Assembly (NCBI GenBank): GCA_973895155.1
Contig: OZ316893.1
Coordinates: 14,290,645-14,354,644, forward strand
From: Marsupella aquatica
Taxonomy: Eukaryota > Plantae > Marchantiophyta
DNA: 64,000 nucleotides
Direction: 5' to 3'
Below, piece by piece: positions 51,191 to 62,321 of the stretch. Within the stretch, counting starts at the first letter, position 1; every line of letters starts with the position of its first letter. The notes beneath the pieces were generated by a model. That model made no database searches and had not been told where the DNA came from. It saw only the letters and a program-made list of their open reading frames with translations. Both the position numbers and the translations under genes were made by a program.

Positions 51191-53332
51191 GCAAATATTG
51201 AAAATCCTCCTGAAAGAGGATTTCTAAAACCCATGTGGTACATTCCTCAATTTTTTAATTTTTTTCTCAAATACTCTCTTCCATCTTTCAATCATTTGTC
51301 TGCATTCCCTTGGTGCGTTCTATAGCCCAAACAAAATGCACTTAAATTTAAATGACCAAGCAAAGATGAATTCTTTCATGTCCCACTACTTTGGGCCTTC
51401 CTCCTATTACATTACTTGCAAATTACCTCTAACAATGTTAAACACAATCTACAAAATCATTGTCAAGATCCTTGCCTTGCGCCTGAAACCTCTTGTCCAT
51501 AGGACCATCAGCCCACAACAGATGGGATTCATTCCTGGGAGGCTTGGGGGGTCACTATATGAAGGGTCATACATCACGTGCAACGGTTTGGGTCATTTAT
51601 GACCCCCCTAAGTCACTTTCTATAAAGTTGTACAACACCAATCATGTGATGACATGTATGCATTTTGCAATTAAACAACTATATGTTTCCATCAAAGACT
51701 TAATAAGTCTTCCGCCAAAACCATTTAAATGGCCCTATACTTTGTCGCATGTGATATGCCACTTCCATGGAAGTGACCCCCCCGAGCTGGGAGACATATC
51801 CTGGAGAATATTTCTCTAGCTTGGCTTGCGTGACTGGGTGTAGAACAAAAAAAGTGAAACATTGTTCTTGAAGCTCGATTTTGAAAAAGCCTTTGATAGA
51901 GTCTGCCATGAGTATATTTGGGAGTGCATACATTTGCTTGGGATCAGTGGGAGATTTATTATGCTGGTGAAAGCTTTGTTTTCTCAGGCCACCTCAAGAG
52001 ATCTGGTAAATGGATTTCTCTCTAACTAGATTGAATTGAAATGTGGAGTGAGACAGGGTTTCCTGCTCTCACCACTTCTATGATCTCTACGCAACCGCTC
52101 ATGGATTTCTTGGATGCGGAGATTGATGAGGGTTGGCTTAGAGGTCTGCAAATCATTGAGGACTTCATGATCTACTACTGACTCTTTGTTGATGATGTTG
52201 GGATGAGTGGTGGACCTCGCCACCCAGCGCCCTCACCAATCCCAACACTTGCGCCTAAGTGCCCTTAGTGCCCGAACGCCTCCACGGAATACCTCGAGCA
52301 AGCATCCAAGTGCCTCTAGCACTACCTGCGGCCCCCTCCCATACGAAGCCGCACCTGCTCACCTACACGACCGCTACTCAACGGTCCTCACAGTCTGCAC
52401 GAGCAACCAAGCACCTCGGTAAGTAACCCCTCTGGATCTAGAACTCGCCAAGTCTAGCCTCCTAACTCAAGCTCAACAAATGTTGGTAAATAGGTCAGCG
52501 ATAGGTCCTCCCGATGCCATAAGCCGGAACCAGAACTCATGCCCACTGTCCGTCCAGGACAGTTCCTTCCTTGGGCGCGGCCCGGGTTTCCCCTCGTACC
52601 TATCCATCACCAACTGACCGCCCTGACCTCAGGACATGCTCATGGCCCAATTAGCGTAGCTTGTCCTAAAGCTTGTCCCAAGCTTGTCTCAACACGCCGG
52701 GACCAGAACGGCCTCGACTCTAACAACCGCTCCCGGTTTGCCCCACTGATGGTCTAGGGACCGAGCGCCCTTGGGACTCAGCCTCCTTACCTACTTGGCC
52801 TTGCCTCCCCAACGCAAGCTCCCTTGGGAGGCTGAACGCGGCTTGGCTGCTGTTCGGCAGGATTTGGCAAGTGGGCAAGCTAACACCCGCAAACCACAAG
52901 AACCCATGGCACTCCCGGACCCATCTGAGCTCACAAGGGGTGTAGCCCTCCTCAAGAGCTTTCCAACGCATCCAAGAAGTCCTCCAACGGACTTCTCGTT
53001 GGGAAAATATCGCCATTTCCGTTTGGCAATTTCTCTTAGTGTCGCGACCGCCGCGGCTCACGACTTCGGCTCGGCCTTAGCCCCCAGGGAGACACCACTC
53101 CCCTCATATATGCTTCTGGAGACCTGCCACCCCCGGACCAGCTTTGGTCCCTAAACATTTGGCCCCCAACCCGGATCCCATCGCGCATAATGGGCGCGCC
53201 ACCAACTGGCAACGCCCATAACTTTCTTGATAGGCATCCGCAAGCGGAGTGCCTTAGCCCGTTGTGACCAGGCCAACCGAGTGCTCATGCCTAGGCCCTT
53301 AGGTCTGATCACCGCTTGGGGCCCCCGACCGG

Positions 53333-54752
53333 TGTCGTGGGGATTCCTTTTAGAAGGCAAGAATCCATATTATGTTATTTGAGTTTATGTGAAGAGGGTT
53401 TTACTTAAAAGCTTCATAGTAGTACTATTAGAGCATATATGTTACATTCTATATGTAGTATGTACATTTTACAATGGTACACAGTAGTTCCACCATTTAG
53501 GCATAGTAGTTTTACAAACTAGATGCATAGTAATTCCACCAACTACGCATAGTAGTTGCACCAATTACGTATAGTAGTTTCACCAACTACGCATAGTAGT
53601 TACACCAATTACGTATAGTAGTTCCACCAATTACGCTTAATAATTCCACCAACTACGCACGGTAGTTCCACCAACTATGAATAGCACTAGCACACTTATA
53701 GGTGTTTGATGCTTGCCACTTGGCTTCCATCCAAGGGTCAAGGCATCGATCCATGCCCTCTTGGAAAACACAAAGGGGCACTATAAATAAAGTGAAGAGG
53801 AGCACACTCTCCTCATTTGCATTTGTTTGATCTATCGTGTCGGACTCGCAACACTGTAAGGAACTCTTCCCCTCTTGTGCACATGTCTTGTTTATTATTT
53901 ATCTCTATGCTTGGGTACTAACTTGATTGTTAGCCTTAGAACTATTTTATGTTTTATGTTTATTAGTCTTGAGATCAATTTAGTGTGCTTGTAATGAATA
54001 ATATGATAAATGGAGTACCTAGAGTTTATCCCCCACCTGCTGTGCCATTTGTCAATCCTTTCTTAATTAGAATTCATTGTCTTAGCAAGCATACCATGAG
54101 AATGCATCTTCTTTATCATTTTGGATTTGAGTTAATGGAAACAGTTATGAATAGCGATGCACCATTTGTATACCCGATTGTTGTTTATGGAAATGAATGG
54201 AATGTAACTATTTTTATTTTATATTAGATGGATTTTAATAGACAATTCGTAAATGTACCGGAGTTAGATTTGAATAGGCTTCCTAATAATGTGTCTGATT
54301 TTCCTTCATCTATTGACATTAGAGTGATATGCCGTAAGAAGGTTGATTGTAGAGATGTTTTAGTTAGAAAGTATGGAGATGAAAGATACAATGGTATGCT
54401 TAGGATGCCAGAGCCTGTGATTATATCATCTATGGTAAATCTTAAGATCATAGTCTTTGTTTTCTATAATTGACTTATCTAATTGTAGGATTCGTTGGAA
54501 ATTGCAATCTATGACTTGACTTGGGAAGTAAGTTATGTGGAAAGAGGATAGGCCAATTCGAGGCTTAGTGTGAGGAAGCCGCTCATCCCTAAAGGACCGC
54601 TCATTTTAGAGGATAACGGTGAGAGAAATTGATCGACAAAGGGGATTGCAAGGGTAATGTGAGGTGAGAAAAGACGTATTTTGGAAAGGTTTCTTCCAAG
54701 ATAGGAAAAACAAGAGCTTAGTGCTTCCCAAGAACTAAAGATTCCCCCGACA
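53333..54752 (+). mobile_element. Solo LTR (TG...CA, 1420 bp) nested in the AGT...ACT element
   Basis: TGTCGTGGGGATTC...GATTCCCCCGACA terminal inverted repeats. CCGG is duplicated on both sides (53329-53332, 54753-54756) and the segment is absent from copy 1. ~22-bp tandem array at 53480-53680 and TATAAATA at 53782. Confidence 0.85.
53480..53682. repeat. ~22-bp minisatellite in the LTR U3 region
   Basis: TAGTAGTTCCACCAACTACGCA-like unit, about 9 copies. Confidence 0.85.
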
Positions 54753-56907
54753 CCGGCCCAACCCGGATCGGGCCACAACTTGCGCCCCAAGCGTCCGTTG
54801 CCAATGGCGTCAACTTCATTGGCCTTGGGCCCAAGAGGAGCTCACTCCCAAGCCCTCAGAATTCAAAGTCCATCTGACGATCCAAACGGCCATCCTTGAG
54901 CCCGGCCCATTTCCCCTTGACCCGACCAGCCATAGGCTAGTCCAAGTCCTTAGTGTGTGTTCCCAGCTTGGCCCCTTGCCTCGCCAGTGCCATGTCTCAT
55001 TGCCCACAAGTCTCCCCATGCTAAGTCCTCCACGGATGGCCTATCCGGGCCTGGACCATAAGGGAGCTCGGCGTCAGAGTCAGCGACGCCGGAGCTAAGT
55101 GTTAAGGTAGTCGAGTTCCGCGACTGGATGTTTGCTCTCGCTACAGAGAGAGACTTTGATGATGCAAGCTTGCATTGGAATGCTACAAGCTGGGCAGTGG
55201 TGCAAAACTGAATTTGGAGAAATCTGTGGTGATTCCCCTTGCTATGGAGGTGATCCCAAACTGGCTAACCAATACTGGTTGCATTATCAGCAAGAGAGCA
55301 GAGATACAAAAGTACCTGGGAGCACCTTTGGGGGTTGGGCTTCACACAGAGCAGTTGCACAGATTCTGCCTGGACAAGGTTTGCTCTGGACTGTCTGCAT
55401 GGGCAAATAAGCTACTTGCCTTCATAGGCCGTACTCTACTTGTTAAGCACATCTTGCAGGCAATACCGATCTACCATGTGATGTATTGTAAAGCTTTTGT
55501 TGGTTTGACCAAGAAATCGATTACTCTTAGTTGTGATTTCTTATGGGGCTACAGCGCCACGGGGGGCAGGAAGATCCCTTTGGTGGCTTTGATAGGATGG
55601 CGCAACCACGAGTAGAGGGGGGATTGGGTTTTAAGGACTTCCGCAACCACTCTAACGCTTTGCTCTCGCAGTGGTTCACCAAGGCTCTTAACTCCCCTGA
55701 ACTAGAGTGGTCTAGAATGTTAGTTGCAAATCTGGCTTTGATGGGGTGGCTGAGCTATAAGGTGATAAGAAGGAATAGATATTCCTTCCAGGATCAGCTT
55801 TTGCTGTGCTCCCCAAGGTCATATGGCAAACTTCCATACACAAGTGGACTGTGAAGGACTTGGGTAATGGTCAGAGCTCATCTCTCCTTTGTGCCTGGCA
55901 GTCTAGGGGCACCGGCACGTTGGAGCATTAACGACACCCTCCACTGCCTGGTTGGATTTAATTCCCTCCCAAATGAGACCATTAATGGGATTACAACTAT
56001 CTGTGGAAGATTAGGAATACGGTTGATTGGGGATGGATGGTCGACAGAGGAGGGATGTTGGAAGGACCTCCCGTTGCAATGGCACAACTTGAGAGGATTC
56101 ACAGCTGAGCACAGATCACTTGCTCGGACCTTCCTGGAGCAAATCTGGAACACGAATGCCTGTAGGGAGGACTACTACCTATATGCCAAACAGTGGCGGT
56201 GGGTTGATAAGGCTGAAATTCTGAAAGGCTTCAGGAGTGAGAATTGTCGGGTGTATGAATTCTTGAGACCTAAATGCACATCCCATGGCCGCTTGAACAA
56301 GATCTGGTCCACTTCTAGAGAGGAGATGGGATGGATTGTGGGTTGGACTCAACTTTGGTGCTCTGACCTGCTGACCAGAGGCAAGACATTTATCTGGCAA
56401 ATCATTGTGGGGGGTCTTCACAGGGGCTAGGGCACTTAGAATTGGCATGAGCAATGGAGAATGTAAACTCTGCAGCGGTATCATTGAGTCCATCCCTCAC
56501 ATTTTCTTTTTGTGTGCACATGCTGTTAATTGTTGGGGACTTTGCGACTGCTTTCTGCGGGAGCTGGGCCTACCAATTGGCCACGGAGTGATGGCTCTTT
56601 TGGATTTTGCCTATGGGAAGGACCCTGAGCGTATTTCCAGGTTATTTGTATTGGTCAAATCTTACGGATGCTGTGGCTAGGAAGAAACTCCCATATGTTC
56701 CAAGCGGGTGGTAGGCATACATTTGATTTGGGTCTTGTGCTGTCTGAGATAGTTGAGAGCTTGAATGCTGTAAGCTGGAGCTTACCTCCGAGTAGGAAAA
56801 ACTCCCGGTTGCACAAAACCAAAGATAGGATTGATTGTCTTTGTATAGGCTTTGGCTCAACGGTGGCAAGGGTTGTATTTCCTTGGCGAGGTGAGAGATA
56901 AGTAATC

Positions 56908-57307
56908 TCATCAGTTATCAGTCACTTTCATCAGTGTACCTAATATCAGCTGCTACCTCATCTCAGAGAGGCCACCAAGTTGTGATGCAAAAAAAAAATG
57001 AAGAAAAAAAAATCTTGAATTTTTCTTCTTCAAATTTTTTTTCGTCATGAGGCGTCCGTACCGTACGGACACATATCTCGGCGAGCCCAGCCGAGATGGG
57101 AAAAAAATTTCTCAACATTTTTTTGGTTTTTTTCTTTTTCCCCATTTTTTTGGGTCCATATGACCCATCTCGGCAAGGTCAACCGAGATTGAGTCAACCT
57201 TGGTTGCCTAGCTAAGATGCACGGAAGTTCGAAGGCCCCATCTCAACTCCTCAGTTGAGATTCTGAAATTTTTGAGATAACTGATATCAGTCGCTGATAT
57301 CTGATGA
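56908..57307. mobile_element. Possible MITE/foldback insertion in the LINE 3' region
   Basis: TCATCAGTTATCAG and CTGATATCTGATGA inverted ends, with internal ATCTCGG...CCGAGAT palindromes. TSD not evident. Confidence 0.35.
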
Positions 57308-59604
57308 TGTTGTGTACCCCGCAAGGTGACTTGGTGCTCCTTTTGATGATTTTGATGGTGTTCTTGTTGTCTATCCCTATTTACATCGAGGGTGGGCGGC
57401 TCAGGGACTGGGGTGCTTAAGGGTCTTTCTTGGCTCTTATCCAGATTGGATCCCCCTATGTTGCTTTGCGGGGGCTGTTTGTGGCTTTTAGGTCTATGGG
57501 CTGGTGCTCTTGTTCCCCTTGGGTTTATCCCCTGTGTGGGGGGCTGTTGTTTTTGCCGTGTGGCTTGTTCGCCCTGCCCATGGGATTTTTTGCGGGTGGA
57601 AATAACTTTTTATAAAAAATCTATTCCAAGGGAATCCTCTTCAAGAAATATTAGTTGAAGGCTAGATGAAACTTAGCCTTCAATCTAGGTGATAGGTGGG
57701 GTCTGCGATGAGTGAGAGTTGGACCAATGTCTGGAGTGATTAACTAAAAGGAATTTAGTTGAGAGTCCATGGAAGTACTCTCAATCCAGGTGACAGGCAG
57801 AATCCAATGGCCTGGAGAGGTTGGATTACAGTCTCAAGAAATTGCACAAGTCGACACTACCTGATTGTCAGAATGGCCGGGTAGCAAGCGAAACGTGCAC
57901 AAGAATCAATCTGATGAAGGCGGTACATTGTTAAATTGATAAACAAAAGAGAATTAATGAAGTCTAAAGACATGTTGGATGGTTAATCGGAGGATTTGGC
58001 CAAGAGTGAAAGGGACCATCAGGTAAAGGAGGGTCCAGGGGGAGCCACAGGGGGACAAAGGGGGTACAACTGAAAGATCCACGGGCTCACAAAAGGAGGG
58101 GTCAACTAGCAGGTCAACCACCGGAGAAGGGTGGGGCAACAAAGGGAACATGAGGGCAGTTGGGGGGGTCAACCAAAAGACCCTTGGGGGTTTCACTTCC
58201 ACAAAAATGGCACATCACGTGAGACGAAGGATAGGGTCATTTTATTGGTTTGAAGGGAAGACTTAAGAATTTTTGCGGAACAACAATAAGGTCTTTTAAA
58301 TTCAATTTTGAGACTTATAAGAACATTAGGGTCTTTCTAACCATAATTTGGAATATTCTAACTTTATAGGGGTTGAAAAATAATATTTTTTTCTTACATT
58401 TTAGGGGCCCGTCCGAGGCCTAAAAATGTCATAGGTAATGGGGAGGCATCCATATAGTGAGACCCCTGAGAAAAGACCCACCTCCAAAGAGGAGGGTGGG
58501 GTAACAAGGGGCAGAGGAGGGCCGGTAGAGGGTCGACAACAGGGGTAAAAATAGGAAGGGAAGGGGACTGGAAGGGATGACAACAGGGTCGGATGGTGGG
58601 GCTGCAAAGGACCCCTGGACAACCAAGGGGGGACAGAGGTGGCACACAAGGAGGGTTTGGATAGGAAGAAAGGGTCACCAGGACGCGGCTCCATAAATTC
58701 ATCCATCAAGGCATCGTCATCCGTTCGGGAGGATAGCCGGGGACAAGAGTGGACGGGGTTGGGGACAAGGGATGATGGAGGGGAGGAGGAGGGGGATAGA
58801 TATGGCCACTTGCGACCACACAAACAAGAAGACTCCATCCAGGATGCAAGGCCAAGACAAGAAAAGGACAAAACAAAAGACGAAACAACATAAAAGAGAA
58901 AATAACAAAGAGAGGAAACCAAAAGGGAAGAACCTTAGACTAGAAGAAACACCATTATTGGATCTGAAACAATGCAGCACCCAAACAACAGCGGCCAGAC
59001 AAAGATCACCAACACTAGGGCCCGAGACCCCACAGACCAAATGCCAATCACCCAAACCCCCACAAGAGCCTCCAGTCAGCAGGTCACACAAGAAGGGGAG
59101 TTGAGCTAAACGCCACAACAACGGCACCAAGGTTAGGCCGCATGCGACAAACTAGACAGTCAACGAAAGAATATGCAAAGGCCAAGAAAGGATGGACAGA
59201 TGTAAGTGTGGGATTGGGGTTGGCCATATGTGTGGCCACCAAACCCAAAGGATGCCAGGGTGCATGAGGTCAACCCCCATGAGAGACCCCCCACAGGCAA
59301 GGCCCAAAGGTCCGCATTAAACCCTAAACTAACAAAAGATTAAAGTAGGCAAGCCAGGTGATTTTTAGTGGAAGTGGCATCTTTGTAGGTGGATTAGATG
59401 GCAAGCTTGACAGCACTTGTGACCTGTAGGAAAAGTATTGCTAGTGGATAGAGTATTCTTATGCCTTTTGATTTTGATTTTGGCTTTGACTTTTGGATTT
59501 CTAGTACATTTCTATAACTTATAAGCCATAATTCTTTTGTATTTCTAGTACATTCTAGAACTCTAATCGTAAGAGTAGTCCATACATTGTGTTTTATGGA
59601 AAAA

Positions 59605-60400
59605 CTAGCCCAATGCTTGTGCATTGCACAAAAGATGTTGAGGTGAAAAAAAGATGTTGATGTGAAAAAATTTGTCAATGAGAGAAAAAGATGTTGAGGT
59701 GAAGAAAAAATGTTGGTGTGAAAAAATTTGTCGATGAGAGAAAAAGATTTTGAGGCGAAGAAAAGATGGTGTGAAAAAGTTGTTGATGAGAGAAAAAATG
59801 TCGAGGTGAGGAAAAGAAGTTAAAGTGGAAAAAAGATGTTGAGTAGAGGAAAAGATGTCAAGGTGAGTAAAAAAAGTCAAAGTGAAAAAAGATGTTGAGG
59901 AGAGAAAAGATGGCAAGGTGAGAAAAATATGTAAAGATGAGGAAAACATGTCGAGAGAGAAAAGATGTCAAGGGTGAGGGGAAGATGTCGTGGTAAGGTA
60001 AAGAACACAAAAAATGTTTGTGCATTGCACAAAAGATGTTGAGGTGAAGAAAAGATGTTGAAAGGAGAAAAGATGTTGAAAGGAAAAAAAATGTTAAGGT
60101 GAGGCAAAGTTGTTGAGGAAACAAAAAATGCTGACAAACTCATTCCCTCTGCACCGCAAAAAAAAAGTAGCATTAAAAATGTCATTGTTTGATGATGTTC
60201 TCATTGTTGCAAAAATGTCGTCATTTTGGTTATTATTGTGAACGTGTTATTATTGAGGATGAAGGTGATTGTTGAGGATGAAGGTGAGAACATGGAGAAT
60301 GATGCAAGATGGGTGACAATGGCCATTACATGACTGAGTTGTAGCATGATCACCCAAAAAATGATGCAAATTTTATTAAATTAAAATTTTTAATATTTGT
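59605..60400 (-). mobile_element. Helitron 3' portion with minisatellite (same type as 17696-19087)
   Basis: Minus strand GTGCAATGCAC hairpin + AAGCATTGGG + CTAG|T at 59605. GAAAAAGATGTTGAGGTGA array. A second internal hairpin copy lies at ~60020. Confidence 0.65.
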
Positions 60401-61014
60401 AATACATAAATATGTACATGCAGAAAATTGAAAAGGAACAAAGATAGCATACTCCTCGTTGAATCACAAAGCACTGTACCTAAGTACATTGATATAGTGA
60501 CTAGTACATTCAAATTAATGCAATTTGTTCTTTCACCCATAAAGTTTCACAAAATGTGCACCTCTCTCATTTCTAAAAAGGTGTGCATGCTTTTCATTAA
60601 CTTTTCTTAAATTCATTCTTTCAATATTTGTGTTTTATTAACTAGTCAAATTAAAATATCTCCTCACATGAACTCTTATAATCATCTTTTCAATTTTTTT
60701 GGATAAGTCAAAGTAGGCATGTATGAGGATGAACATACTATATTGCTAATGAGTACAACAAATAAACCCATATGAACCACAGGTGACGAAACTCATGAAC
60801 TGAGCTAACAGGAATTTCTGCTAGCCAGGAGAAGTATTGCTCGTTACAAAAAGGGGTATCATTACTACACAAGTAAACAGGAGTTTTTTCCTGTTTACCA
60901 TACGTTTTACCATAATTTGACCCTATTGTGAGGAGATGTTTTAATTTGACCCTATTGTAGAGGATTTTCTTAGTCTGAACTGCACTTGGGGCAGCACAAA
61001 ATCTGTAGAAGAAT

Positions 61015-61061
61015 CCCCATCCGCGGGGTTCACGCGGAATAAAATTAAAATTGTAAAAAAT
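61015..61061 (+). mobile_element. 47-bp retroposed insertion (extreme 3' end of a LINE/SINE) with 17-bp TSD
   Basis: AAAATCTGTAGAAGAAT at 60998-61014 and 61062-61078 flanks CCGCG-GGGTTCA-CGCGG + AATAAA + an A-rich tail. Confidence 0.75.
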
Positions 61062-61129
61062 AAAATCTGTAGAAGAATGGAAGGCGGCCTTTCATTCTTC
61101 TATCATCACGGTCAAAAACTTTTATCTGG

Positions 61130-61998
61130 AGAGTCCTGGCCTTGGGATTATTTACAGGAATCCAAGCGATTCACATACTTAGGCAAAGGAGATGTATTTT
61201 GTAAGCTGTGTCATTGTGTCACAGAACCCACCCCCACCTCTTTGCCCAATGTGAGCATGCTTGTAATTGTTGGGCATTAGGTGCTAGGTGCTTCCAAGGC
61301 AGCTTTCCTGATTACTCAAATAGGATACTATCCATGCTTGATCTGATAGTCGGTAGAGAACACAACATTGCTAATCTTTTCATTTTTTACCAGATCCCTC
61401 TGGTCATTATGGTTAGGACGGAATGTGCATGACTTTCAGGCAAATGGCTGCAGGAAATTTGATCTTAGATTTATATTATTGGAGGCAGCTGGCCATGTTA
61501 TTGCAGTGGGTGTGAGCTTGCCCTTGGGCAGGCGCCGCACCAGAATGATGCGTGTTAAAGGCTTATTAATCAAGAGAGAGTGGCGTGGCTGAGTAGCCAC
61601 CAAGTGTGTATCACGTCTGGCTGAGGTCATTTTTGGATCTCAGGGATGCAGTATATTGTCGCCTTGATTTCTGGTTGATGGCTCGGGCATTTGTGAGCAT
61701 TATATAGCTGGCTAGTTTGCCTTGCTCAGTATTGGCCCCTGGTTTCTGGCTGATGGCTTGGGCACACAAGAGCTTTGTATAGCTGGTTAGTTTGCCTTGC
61801 TAGGTATTGGCCCTGGAATTCTGGTCGAGCATGGTATGCTTGGCTTGTTGCTGGCCCTTGTAGCTGATTATGGGCAAACATAATTTGCTTCCTTGGCTGT
61901 CCTTCATGTTGGGCACAGCTGTTTCTGGTGTTTTCGGTACTGTGAGCGGTGTCCCCCTGCCATGGGGTCTTTTGTGGATAAATTAATAAATAAAAAAC
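61130..61998 (+). mobile_element. 5'-truncated L1-like LINE (zf-RVT region + 3' UTR)
   Basis: FCKLCHCVTEPT.HLFAQCEHACNCW and SLWSLWLGRN are paralogous to 56450-56900. A-rich end at ~61980-61998. Confidence 0.75.
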
Positions 61999-62091
61999 AA
62001 ATTTCAAGGAAATATAGAATTGTTGTTGCCTAGTTGAAGAGTCCAACATTCTCATGCAAGTAAAGAAAAATGCCCTTAAAATGATGAATAA

Positions 62092-62321
62092 AATTCAGCT
62101 TTTAAGTACTTTGCCACTAAAGATGTTATAATTCACAATAATGCCACTATTTCTTCTGTATTTATAAAAATGTCACTATTTTGTATATAGATGACAAGTT
62201 TATCAAGGAAACCAGGGGAACTATATACTGAAACTGTGACATTTTTGTAAATACAAAAAAAAACAGTGACATTATTGTAAATTCAAACATAGTTAGTGAC
62301 AATGTACTCAAAAGTTGAATT
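62092..62321. mobile_element. Mutator-like foldback MITE (~230 bp, ~100-bp imperfect TIRs)
   Basis: AATTCAGCTTTTTAAGTACTTTGCCACTAA...AAAAATGTCAC..GTATATAG mirrors CTATATAC..GTGACATTTTT...TTAGTGACAATGTACTCAAAAGTTGAATT. Confidence 0.75.

Larger units (their letters stand above)
52206..55125 (-). mobile_element. Solo-LTR-like element with AGT...ACT termini, copy 2 (carries nested LTR)
   Basis: 5-bp TSD GGATG (52201-52205, 55126-55130). Same ends as copy 1. About 1496 bp after removing the nested insert. Confidence 0.87.
51425..57620 (+). mobile_element. Decayed L1-like LINE (RT to 3' end), interrupted by nested LTRs at 52206-55125
   Basis: PLTMLNTIYKIIVKILALRLKP, QMGFIPGR, KLDFEKAFD, GVRQG..LSP, FVDDVGM|FAL, KYLGAPLG, GRTLLVKHILQAIPIY, EGGLGF, zf-RVT CKLC...ESIPHIFFLC, WLGRN. 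A-rich 3' end at ~57610. Confidence 0.88.

Noticed and set aside
53480-53682. Regular 22-bp repeat array as a CRISPR-like locus
   Set aside because: There are no unique spacers or cas genes. It is a tandem minisatellite inside an LTR of a eukaryote.
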